Shown here: positions 11,387-22,333 of the stretch, piece by piece
Numbering within the stretch: position 1 is the first letter of the stretch
Layout: every line of letters begins with the position of its first letter
DNA from: Trichosphaerium sp. ATCC 40318
Taxonomy: Eukaryota > Protista > Tubulinea
Assembly (NCBI GenBank): GCA_038496445.1
Contig: JALMLS010000174.1
Span: forward strand, 1 to 64,000
DNA: 64,000 nucleotides
Direction of reading: 5' to 3'
Translations under genes and position numbers: made by a program
The notes under the pieces: generated by a model
Told to the model about the DNA's origin: nothing
The model's database searches: none
What the model saw: only the letters and a program-made list of their open reading frames with translations

Positions 11387-14382
11387 ATGGACAATTTAAT
11401 ACCCGTAATAAACAAACTTCAAGACGTATTCAACGCTGTTGGGTCACACGGTCTTGATTTGCCTCAAATTGTAGTTGTTGGAAGGTACCTGGTTAGTTGA
11501 CGCATGTTTCAGGGCTAACAATTGGTTACAGTCAGTCTAGTGGCAAAAGTTCAGTATTGGAGAACCTAGTTGGCAGAGACTTCCTTCCTAGAGGTGGTGG
11601 CATCGTTACCCGACGCCCGTTAGTTCTTCAACTAATTAATCTGCCTAAAACAGACCAAGACTCCGGTACGCGTGTCTAAGCACCCAACGCCGGCGCCTCA
11701 GGCATCAAAACAATCTTAAAAAAAATGCAGTGCTTTTCTGTGACTAAGGGTTCTAATAACTCACTACAACACTGTAGGTGAATGGGGAGAATTCAGCCAT
11801 CTACCAAATGAAATGTTTCACGATTTCAACAAAATACGTGCCGAAATCCAACGCGAGACGGACAGGCTTGTAGGCACCAACAAAGGCATATCACCTCTGC
11901 CAATTGGCCTAAAGATTTACTCTCCTCACGTACTAAACTTGACACTCGTCGATTTGCCTGGTATGACGCGTGTCGCTGTTGGCGATCAACCGTAAGTACT
12001 CTGTCCTTGAAGAATTATTCTCAAACCTACTCAAATTTACAGAATCACGACAAGGGCACCATTCGCGTGTGCACTGTTGTCTCGAACTTTTAAGAATAAT
12101 TCACCCGTTTTTTTACATTTGTAAAATGTCATTTTGCACATGCCATTATTTTTTTACCATGTGTTGACGTTGTTTGTCCCCTGTAGGCACGACATTGAAG
12201 AACAAATTCGTAAAATGATAATGTCTTACATTGAAAAGAAGAATGCCATTATCCTCGCTGTATCGCCGGCCAACCACGATCTCGCCAACTCTGACGCTTT
12301 GAAAGTGGCACGTATTGTAGATCCACAAGGAGAGCGGACTATTGGCGTCTTGACAAAGTGTGACATCATGGACAGAGGGTGCGTACCCGCCTTCAACGCA
12401 TAGAAATCCAATTATCCAAGTACTGTCAAGCCCCCTTCTAACACTATTGCCTAGCACTAATGCCAACGATATTCTAACAGGGCGTGTGTATCCTCTAAAG
12501 CTTGGATTCATCGCTATTGTGAACAGGAGTCAAGCTGACATTATTGCTGAAAAGTCAATCAAGCGTGCTCTCACAGACGAGAAGGCTTACTTTAAAAAAG
12601 AGTACACTGATCTCGCACACCGCTGTGGTACTGCCTTCCTCGCAAAGACGCTCAACAAGGTACGTAAATGAACTCCTGATACGATGACTTACTAGCAGAG
12701 TGTAGCTGTTGCTTCGACACATTAGATACTGCCTTCCTTCCCTCAAAACAGAGATTCAAAAACATTATTTAGAGGCACAACAAGAGTTAAATTCGTATGG
12801 CGATGTCATGTACGACTCTGAAACGAGCAAGGTATTGCGAGAGTGATGGTCACGTATGTGTTTCATTAATTCATGTTCGTTATTAGGGTGCAGCGCTCTT
12901 GCAAATATTAACAAAATTCTCAACTGCTTATCGCGATTCTATTGACGGAAAGCTTCAAGACAGCTCAGCCAACGAGTTGTACGGTGGTGCGCGTATCAAT
13001 TACATTTTCAATGAGGTGTTTGGTCAGTGCATCTCCAAGATGGCTGTTGACGGCCTCAATCCTAATGATATACGCACTGCTATCCGTAATGCCACTGTGC
13101 GTCCTATTATTTACACGTTTGAGCTTGTAGACAAAGTTGTACTTATAATTGACTTCAGGGACCACGTACTGCCTTGTTTATTCCTGAGATTGCGTTTGAT
13201 CTCCTAGTAAAGAAGCAAATCACGCGACTAGAGGATCCATCCTTACAGTAAGGCGATTAAAAAAAAAATAGAGCAAGACGTCAGTTTCGCTCACAGTGTG
13301 GTGTTTAGGTGTGTAGATGCTGTATACGATGAGCTCCTCCGTATTGTGTCTCAAATTGAATCAAAAGAACTATTGCGATTTAGTACGCTCAGAGAAAAGG
13401 TTGTGGCTGTAGTACACGATCTATTGGGAAACTGTCGCGAACCAACCAAGAAGATGATTCGCAATTTAATACAGATTGAACTTGCTTTCATCAACACGGC
13501 ACATCCTGACTTTATAGGTAATCATGACCCCCCACATGGAATCTCTAGTTTTCTAAATATCTATTAGGAAGTACTGGGGCCCTTGGTAGCATTTTGGAGA
13601 AGATGGTTAAAGAGAGAGTGCGCTTCAGTCAATACTCCAAATTTTTCTAAATTGTGCCTTTGTAGGTAAAGGAAGAGGATAGACAACGACGTGCAATGCA
13701 AGCACAACAACAAGCGCAACAACAAGGGTACCCTCAAGGGCAGCCACAAAGACCACCACAACCGTATCCAGATAGTCACCAAGAGGACGATTATTCGTCA
13801 TCCTCCTTCTTTGGCTTCTTTTCGCGCTCTGGGAAGCCATCCAAGTCTAAAAAGTCCTCGCGCCAAAAGACAAACGCCGCAAGCGTACCAAACAAACTGG
13901 AACAGGTTCGTTCTCGTCAAATGTGACTCATGCGCGCCCGATTGCGACAAGTACTCACAAATCGTCACTAGGTGCCTCAACGTATTAACATCCCAGACAC
14001 GCACGCTCCTTCTGATAAAGAGCGTCTAGAGATTGATGTCATTCGTACGTCTATTGGCTGGCTCTTTTTTGCCTGTTAAAAGTGTTGAGGGCTATCACTT
14101 ACTGGTTTTTTTCTAGAATCCCTCATTCTTTCGTACTTTGATATCGTCCGTAAGAACATCCAAGACTCCATTCCAAAGGCCATCATGCACTTTTTGGTGA
14201 ATAGATCAAAGAGCAATGTACAAAGCGATCTCGTGACCAACCTGTACAAAGAAGATTTGTTCGATGAGCTATTGGAAGAGGACAGCAGCATTGCAGGACG
14301 ACGCAAGGCCAGTAAACAAATGGTAGATATGTTGAGGAAGGCCAGTCAGATTCTCAATGAGATTCGTGATACACAAATCTAA
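11387..14382 (+). CDS. DNM1L: Dynamin-related GTPase (DRP1/Dnm1/Vps1/DymA class)
   Basis: [51 protein letters not shown], middle domain [35 protein letters not shown]. No PH or PRD domain. Confidence 0.93.
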
Positions 14383-14493
14383 TCCCAGGCTCTCCTTCTA
14401 CTTTGTACAAAAACAAGCTCTTTTTTTTTTGATCGTTTCTTTGTAAGTTGTGGTTGAAAAAAAACAAGTTGCCCCACCCATTTTAATCGTGGT

Positions 14494-15278
14494 TTATTTT
14501 GCATTGGCTGTCTCTTCCACCGGTTGTACTACATTGTTGCCACCGTTTCGTCGTTCGTTGATACGGTCTCTGTCTTCCTTGTATTGTAACATTATCTTCT
14601 CGACTTGCTCCTGCTCTGCCTTTGCTTGTGCAATTCGTGATGGTGATTTAATCTCTCGTTTCTCCATAATATTCAATTGGTAGTTTAGCACATCTACAAC
14701 AGTTTTTTTTTGTAAGCACGTGATACGAACCGCCACGTTTGCAAAAGAAAGGGTTATATATAGGTACACTTACCAATGCCAACAGTGAGGTTTTGCTCGT
14801 TGTACACCTCAAGTACCATCCACTCTTCGAATTCAAATACAATCTTCTTGAACCCAATCGTGTTCATAAACTCTGTGCCGCCTTTTACGTTAGCAATGCG
14901 CGTCCTGAAGCTGTAGGGCTATACTTAGTATTTTTGTAACGTCAAACAACAAAAAGAGGTGTCAGTCGCCCTCCCACGGCGATATTAGTCGTAGTGGAGG
15001 GTCATCAAAACAATTTGCGTACGTGTTGCTTCGCATTTTGATCTTGCGTATCTTTTCGTTGTTAGGCTCCTGCATTATCCTTGATATGATGCGAATAAGC
15101 GTCTCTATCATTGTTTTTATATTCTACAACTGATTTAGCCGGAATTTCAACAAGTTGGGCTGTTTAATGCCTTGGGAGGTTCTCTCCTCGTTGTTTGGAG
15201 GTCAAATATCCTGTACAAGGTCTTGCGCTTTTGTTTCATCGCCTCAGTGTACTTTATCGCCGTTGTCGGTTGGCTCAT
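14494..15278 (-). CDS. PUB-domain protein (p97/Cdc48 cofactor-like)
   Basis: Spliced translation ETLIRIISRIMQEPNNEKIRKIKMRSN..FRTRIANVKGGTEFMNTIGF, followed by a coiled coil. Confidence 0.7.
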
Positions 15279-15574
15279 GCTGTATTCGTTCGTTTTTGAC
15301 GTGTTTGACTTGAGTTGAGGAGCGGCGCCTTTAACTATTTTCAGTGTTTGTTATGGGAACAAAGTCAATACTAAAATAACGGACAAAGTTGACAGGGGCA
15401 GAAATAATTTATTAGGTTTTTAGATAAGGGAGGTGTTAAATAATAGTCCTGTCGTGTTTTACTACTGGCTTGAAACGTGGAATAGGCTACAAACAATTGA
15501 TTAAGGAAAAACAAATCCCAGAGTAGAAATTCGTGTACCTCAGCCAACTGCCACTCCTTGAATAAAGATAATTC

Positions 15575-16713
15575 TTATGATGAAGAAGATTCCTGTGCAT
15601 AAGTAAGTTGTTGGGTCAACAATTAAATTAAAAGGAAAGTGTCACTTTTTTTTATCACGTGCCTCAGAAGAAGAATCAGAGGCGCCAGCACTGCTATCTA
15701 TGCTACTGCTCGACTCTTCATCATCTTCACTGGATTCATCGCCCTCGCTAGACTCTTCACTGCTGCTATCATCCTCACTGCTCTCGTCATCCTCGCTGCT
15801 CTCGTCGTCCTCGCTACTCTCTTCGGCAGAGTCATCTTTAGCGCTGGCGTCTGCTGAGTCGTCATCGCCACTATCGTCTGAAGATTCTTCGGAACTTGAG
15901 TCGTCTCCGCTGCTTGAGTCATCCTCGCTGGTATCATCCTCGTCGGATTGTGGCTCGCTGCTTTCGTCGTCGTTGCCTGATGAGCTATCGTCATCGTCAT
16001 CGTCTGATGAGTCGCCAGGGTCTTCAGGGCTGTCGCTGTCATCGTCATCGTCGTCATCATCGTCTTGTGGATTCTCAGCGTCGTGGTCCCTTTAATAACA
16101 GTTAACTATCAACCCAAAGTAGAGTAGCGTGGATAGCCATATCGTTAAAGTATAGAGAATCTAGAAAGCGGGGGGGGCTACAGAGGAGGATGCGATAAAG
16201 CGTACTTTGGCTGTTTGCTTCCGCCACAACAACAATAAGCCTCAATATCACAACAAGTAGTATTAGCGAGTATCTGACGGCATTCTCTTGTTTGCACGGT
16301 TAGTGCGAAGGGATCTAATAAAACCGGTGAGGTGCGCTCCGAGGCAAGTTGAGATAAAGTGCGCTAGTGCTCTAAGGGCAACACCGCTTTTGACGGGAGG
16401 TGGGTAAAAGATAGAGATCGGGTTTACTGTACCTTTATTTACTACGGCCGCAGTTTGTCCTGTTTCTTTAAGCTACAGAGCAGGGTTAGCACGATAAACG
16501 TGTTTTTTTTTGCCCCAGGTTTTTTTGAAACACAAACCACGTGACAACCAGGTTAGGGGATCGTACCTGTAGTTTATACCAATCTAGCGTATCCAAGAGT
16601 TCCTGTAGGTTGGAAGGATCAGAGTTTTGCGCTTGTTCTATGCGGGCTGAAAGGAATAAGATCTCCTTCTGCAGTTGACTAGCGGTTTCGATATTGCGGT
16701 GTTGTATTTCCAT
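15575..16713 (-). CDS. Hypothetical protein with Cys cluster and long Asp/Ser/Glu-rich C-terminus; 5' exon connectivity uncertain
   Basis: Minus frame reads ..TCCDIEAYCCCGGSKQPK/DHDAENPQDDDD..ESSEDDESSEDD... This frame is not reported by the ORF track. Confidence 0.5.
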
Positions 16714-17061
16714 CTGGACGGGGAGGTGCAGTGTTGATGCTTAGCAAATGTTTGACTTTTTGTTAAAATGCGCTGCGCCTAGCAATAGCGTTGTGTGCTA
16801 CAAGAGCACATTCCTTCGCTAAGTGCTCACTATTGGCATCATAGCAGCGTATTGTAGTTCGTGTTAATCGGATTTATGTTGTGGTCAAACACCACCGGCA
16901 GAAGCTATCGTGTGAACGTGATTGTAGCTTTTCAGCTGGCCACACTTCAACGGAATAACGTTTGGGTACGATTTTGTAGCAGCCGGCAAAATCTTAAACT
17001 GAAATTTGGCAGAATTCAAAAAACAATCAACCACTAGTGCTGCAACAGCTAGAAACACGCG

Positions 17062-18010
17062 ATGAGAAGAGATAAAAAGGCACAAAGCGCATTAAACCTA
17101 ACCGTCCTCAAGCGGAGAGACAAAGACGTCACCAGCATTGTATTCTCCGCGGGACACGTTCAAATGTACTCTTGGGACGTTCAAGACAATCAATGGGTAA
17201 AACAATGATCAATTGCCCTTCAAATTCGCTAACAACGCCTCTGAAAGGCTCAAGATGAAATAACAGGTCCTTTGTTCATTGTTAGTCGGTACGCTCTTTT
17301 TAGCGTTTGCTCCAGTCCATAGGGTGTCTCTAAATACTTGTCAGTACTAGCGAACCCCAATATCAACTCAACGTACTAAATCGGAAGGGTTTAAACGATT
17401 TCGTTCAGCCAATAACTACAGACTTTGAAATAGACTCCAAGACTCTAGATACACCAAATTTTGTGTTTTACCAAGATTGGATCGGAGACGCCAAAAAGGT
17501 GAAAGGAATTTGGTTCTTTGACGACGAGGAGAAGGGCAAGTTCATGGAGCTCATAAACGAGTCTAAGCGCATGTACGTTTTGTACAGTACTCTGTAAACG
17601 GCTTTTTTGAAGTAGAATTCCAACGTTCATTTGCGCTCACGATTGGACCATAGAAAGCGCCAAACACTACAAGACATAACCACAAGCCAAGAACTGGATG
17701 ATGGGCAACCACCTGTGGAGCAGTTGACGAATCCGTCAATATCATTGCACCAACAAGCCAAGGAGAACATATTGCAGGACTTGTTTGGACAACAACCAGA
17801 AAAGCAACAGACACAAGCCAATGGAAATAGTTTCTTCAATGCCAAACCTGTGTCACAAACCAGTTTGACACGAGAGTCTGTCAGTGCAACATTGCATGCT
17901 TTAGCTGAGGTATTTTGGCAACTATTATTAATCTTTAAATCACTCAAATTCATAAGGACCCAACCTTTTTGGACATGGTATGCAGTGCTGTTGCCAGAAC
18001 CAGTCATTAA
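17062..18010 (+). CDS. DCP1: mRNA decapping enzyme subunit Dcp1
   Basis: ALNLTVLKRRD..AGHVQMYSWD..W..GPLFIVSR..LNRKGLNDF..KGIWFFD (EVH1 domain). C-terminal SLTRESVSATLHALAEDPTFLDMV resembles the trimerisation helix. Confidence 0.88.
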
Positions 18011-18276
18011 AGGCAAATTATGGATATATTGATGCGATTTGTTGTTTGGCCATGAAAAATCATTATTCACATACCACATGGTGTTTGCTTTAGAGCACAG
18101 CCAAAAAGAAGCATTTGTAGACTATAGATTTAACCTTCATTATAGTCATTGTAAATATATTTAGCAATTTGAAAACTCAAGATAAATAAGCATCTTGGGT
18201 CAAAAATTGAATTTTGGTAAAATAAATATGTTTTGGATCTTTTTTGGTGTAGCAACAATTCACATAAGATCTATAA

Positions 18277-18401
18277 CAGTGGTAGAATTGGATAAAATAT
18301 GCATGTTCTGAACATGCAATATGTGGAAGAGATGTTCCTTGAGTGGATAATCATGAGCATGCTAAAATGTGCTATTTGCCTTATGTTTAATTCCACCACT
18401 A
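18277..18401. mobile_element. Highly decayed short family-A TIR element
   Basis: Degenerate ends CAGTGGTAGAATTGGATA ... AATTCCACCACT. Confidence 0.45.
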
Positions 18402-18538
18402 AATACACAGGGTAGCAACTTTTGAAAGATATTCATTACCCCACCTGGATCCAAATCTAAGGCAAGTAAACAACAACATTATTATTCAGACTCTGAAGCT
18501 CAGATGATTGGAAAAAATGCTGTATCTACCTGGTTCTA

Positions 18539-18712
18539 CAGTAGTAAAATCAGGAGTACGGATAATGTATGGGTAGAGTACGGGTCAACAATACGGAACC
18601 TGTACGGATTAAGTACAGGTCAAAAGTATGGGTCACGTACGGGTTTTGTACAGGTCAAAAGTACAGGTTCTGTACGGGTTTAGTACGGGTCAAAATTCCG
18701 ATTCCAGTACTG
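18539..18712. mobile_element. MITE family B (174 bp), TA TSD
   Basis: TA|CAGTAGTAAAATCAGGA ... TTCCGATTCCAGTACTG|TA. Body of GTACGGGTCAAAA/GTACGGGTT direct repeats. Confidence 0.85.
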
Positions 18713-18834
18713 TAGGCTTAACAAGGAAAAAAAAACAGAAGTGGCAGTTGAAAATAAGCTAAGGGTAAAGTATCAATGAAGGTGATATGATGAAGTTCAA
18801 TCTGTTAGATTTAACAGCCAGTGGTGGCTTGGTC

Positions 18835-18990
18835 CAACAAAACATCTTGATTGCCTTGAACATCAACAACTTTCAAGTTGCCAACAATAGTAAAATCAAT
18901 GGTACAGATAATGGGTAAAAGTATGGGTCATGTACAGGTTTTGTATGGATCAAAAGTATTGAACCCATACAAGTTAAGTACAAGTCAAAA
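18835..18990 (+). mobile_element. LINE 3' fragment (QQNILIALNINN) followed by decayed family-B MITE
   Basis: 18835-18885 matches 23637-23690 (HQQNILVALNIDN). 18885-18990 is a CpG-decayed version of the family-B body. Confidence 0.6.
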
Positions 18991-19214
18991 TATGTGTCAG
19001 CAGTTATAATTGTGTATGGCATGTTATAAGCACATGTATTTTGGTTGATTCTGCAGTAATTTGCCTTTATTCAGGAAAGTATAATTACCTATTTTTGTAA
19101 ATTTTTCTTCATTTGGTATTGATTCAATTGAGAATTATCTATATTAAGCCAACAAAAATGTGTTGTTGGTGCAAAACATCACTTTATGTGGGTGGAATAT
19201 CTTCATCAAAGAGG

Positions 19215-20655
19215 AAAGAATTTCTGCATTTTCATATTCATAATTGAGCTGTTCTGTATAGCTTTTTCTTTGTTGCTTGAATATTTGAGAGTGTTATCAG
19301 ACCATCCATTCAGATTCAATGAGATGTATTTGATAAGCATATTGCCAATAGCTTTGGCATAATTCCATTCAAAGAATAGACACTGAAGTGGATATTGGCT
19401 ATCAGTATGTTGGACAAGGAGTACAGTGGTGGAATCGGACAGAACGCAAATCACACGTTTTGGGCACGTTTTGGGCACGTTTATTTTCCACGCAAAAGAC
19501 ACGTTTTGGGCACGTTTTGGGCACGTTTTTTTTTCACGCAAAAGGCACGTTTCTCTTCCACATGCTGGCCACGCAAATCGCACGTTTTGGACACGTTTTG
19601 GGCACGTTTATTACCTACGTTTTGGGCACGTTTTAGGCACGTTTATTTTCCACGTTTTGGGCACGTTTTGGGCACGCATATTTGCCACGCATATCACACG
19701 TTTTGGGCACGCATAAAACACCACTTTATAGAGGAAAAGAAAATAACAGTTTATTACGATACATAACACATAACGATTACAAAGAGGTTTGGTACAATTA
19801 TTACAAACTTTACATAAAACTATCCCCACATAAACAATACCCAGTTTATATCAACCAACTTCATGTTTTTGCCATTTTACCTGCTTTTTTCGCCAATCCT
19901 GCCTTATCGTAAATACTTAAGCAAGAACTTACCTAATTAGGCAAAAAATCTCAAATCCAATAATCGTCTTTAAAAAGGGGTTTAATGGAGTTATTGAGCC
20001 ATAATATCCTTAATCTACCCTAAATATCTATTTTCTATCGTTTTTGCCTTAAAAAAGGGGCACCGAACCCCAAACCACCACAAACCATGCATCGTACCTA
20101 ATAGTGGGCCATACTTCGTTTTTTAAAGGATTCGTACTAGTAGACCTGAGTTATTCACGAAAAATAGGAAAATCAAGAAATTGTTGGTTTTTGGGTATTT
20201 TTAGATTTTTTCGCCTACTTTTAGAGCCATGCCAATACAAACCTAACTACTGCTTACTTGGGTGAAAATACATGTTTTATTGTTGACGATCGGAGGCGAT
20301 CGGCTTTGGGGTGAGATGGTTGAGTTTTGAGTTTGTCAATTTTTTTATTTTGAATTTTTCTCCAAATTTCTATTAAGAACAAGACATGGTTAAAACACGC
20401 AAATGGCACGTTTTGGGCACGTTTATTGCAAATATACAACACGCAAATGACACGTTTTGGGCACGTTTTGGGCACGTTTATTTTCCACGCAAATGGCACG
20501 TTTTAAGCACGCGTATTTTGTCCGATTCCACCACTGATAGTTTGAGCATAAATCTTCAAAGAATATCACATGGTCTATTGATACCTCCAGAGTGTTGCCA
20601 GGTGACAGAGTGAATCCTAAGTATTTGTCAGAAAAGGATGAGGAAAGTGTCTGTT
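19215..20655 (-). pseudogene. Decayed, internally deleted copy of the LINE, split by a family-A element
   Basis: Minus translation DKYLGFTLSPGNTL/GGINRPCDIL*RFMLKL|LLVQHTDSQYPLQCLFFEWNYAKAIGNMLIKYIS..NKEKAI aligns with ORF 22331..23878. Confidence 0.85.
19424..20536. mobile_element. Non-autonomous TIR element family A, long form (1113 bp)
   Basis: Perfect 18-bp TIR CAGTGGTGGAATCGGACA / TGTCCGATTCCACCACTG. TA on the left, (A)TA on the right. GCACGTTTTGG tandem arrays at both ends. Confidence 0.9.
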
Positions 20656-20830
20656 CAGTAGTAAAATCGGGAGTACGGATAATGTACAGGTAGAGTACAG
20701 GTCAAAAAATACAGATCCTGTACAGGTTTTGTACAGGTCGAAAGTACGGGTTACGTACGGGTTTAATCCGGGTCAAAAGTACGGAACCCGTACGGGTTGA
20801 GTACGGGTCAAAATCCCGATTCCAGTACTG
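20656..20830. mobile_element. MITE family B (175 bp)
   Basis: CAGTAGTAAAATCGGGAG ... TCCCGATTCCAGTACTG. Homologous to 18539-18712. Flanked by TT on both sides. Confidence 0.85.
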
Positions 20831-20879
20831 TTATAAGTTGTTAAAAAACAGGCCAGAGTACATATTTGCCACACATATC

Positions 20880-21330
20880 CAGTGGAATTGGACATGCAAA
20901 CTGCAAGTTTTGGGCATGTTTTTTTCCCAAATAAAAAGCAAGTTTCTCTTCCACATGCTGGCCACACAAATAGCATGTTTTTGGCACACATATTTTGTCC
21001 AATTTCACCACTGTCCCATATTTTGGAAATGCATAAAACACTATGTTATAGAAAAAAAGCAAAACAATTTATTAAGAGTAAAAATGTGTTGTAATGTATT
21101 TGTAATGTTGTATATTTGCAATATGTGTGTCCAAAACATGTCATTTGTGTGGTTTAACCATGTTCTGTCCTTAATAGAAATTTGGCCAAAAATTCAATAA
21201 AAAAAAATGGAAAACTCAAAACTCAACCATCTCACCTCAAAGCCAATTGCCTTTGATCACTGACAATAACATGTATTTTCACACAAGTAAGCACAGTAGT
21301 AAAATCAGGAGTACAGATAATGTACAGGTA
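20880..21330. mobile_element. Decayed family-A pieces plus family-B left end (21294-21330)
   Basis: Degenerate A ends at ~20880 and 21013. Inverted A internal sequence ~21120-21293. CAGTAGTAAAATCAGGAGTAC at 21294. Confidence 0.65.
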
Positions 21331-22139
21331 CAGTGGTGGAATCAGACAAAATATGCATGCCTAAAAGGTGCCATTTGCGTGTTTTAACCATGGCTTGTCC
21401 TTAATAGAAATTTGGCCAAAAATTCAAAATAAAAATGGAAAACTCAAAACTCAACCATCTCTCACCCCAAAGCCGATCGCCTCCAATCTTTAACAATAAA
21501 ACATGTATTTTCACCCAAGTAAGCAGTAGTTAGGTTTGTATCAGCATGGTTTTACAAGTAGGTGGAAAAATCTAAAAATACCCAAAAACCAACAATTTCT
21601 TGATTTTTCTATTTTTTGTGAATAACTCAGGTCTACTAGTATGAATCCTTTAAAAAACGAAGTATGGCCCAATATTAGGTATGATGCATGGTTTTGTGGT
21701 GGTTTGGGGTTTGGTGCCCCTTTTTAAGGCAAAAACAATAGAAAATAGGTATTTAGGGTAGTTTAAGGATATTATGGCTCAATAACTCCATTAAACCCCT
21801 TTTTAAAGACAATTATTGGATTTGAGATTTTTTGTCTAATTAGGTAAGTTCTTGCTTAAGTATTTACAATAAGGCAGGATTGGCGAAAAAAGCAGGTAAA
21901 ATGGCAAAAACATGAAGTCGGTTGATATAAACTGGGTATCATTTATGTGAGGATAGTTTTATGTAAAGTTTGTAATAATTGTACCAAACCTCTTTGTGTA
22001 TTGTAATAAATTGTTATTTTCTTTTCTTCTATAAAGTGGTGTTTTATGCATGTTCAAAACATGCAATATGCTTGGCAAATATGCGTGCCCAAAACGTGCC
22101 CAAAATGTGCAATTTGAGTGTCGTCTGATTCCACCACTG
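21331..22139. mobile_element. Family-A element, inverted relative to 19424-20536
   Basis: TA|CAGTGGTGGAATCAGACA ... GTCTGATTCCACCACTG. Interior is the reverse complement of ~19700-20400. Confidence 0.88.
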
Positions 22140-22333
22140 AAAGGCCAGCCAATAAGTTGATGCTACTGCACAATTAATGTGCCATCTTTGACTCATTTAC
22201 ACAAAAAAAATTTAGTAAATTGAAAAACTATAAAACACACCTTAGAACTTCTTTTATCTAAATCAACACACATTTTATCATTAGCACCAATATCCACTGT
22301 TACTTTTGCTGCACATCCATTTGTATTATTTTG

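Noticed and set aside
15639-16105. Plus-strand poly-Ser and other ORFs
   Set aside because: Antisense or alternative-frame shadows of the minus-strand Asp/Ser-rich exon.
19760-19830. CKVCNNCTKPLC as a transposase Cys-rich remnant inside family A
   Set aside because: Too short, has nearby stops, no DDE motifs, and the TA TSD does not fit piggyBac.
19388-21200. Short ORFs with FWARFGHVLGT repeats
   Set aside because: Chance translations of the 11-bp GCACGTTTTGG arrays in all frames.
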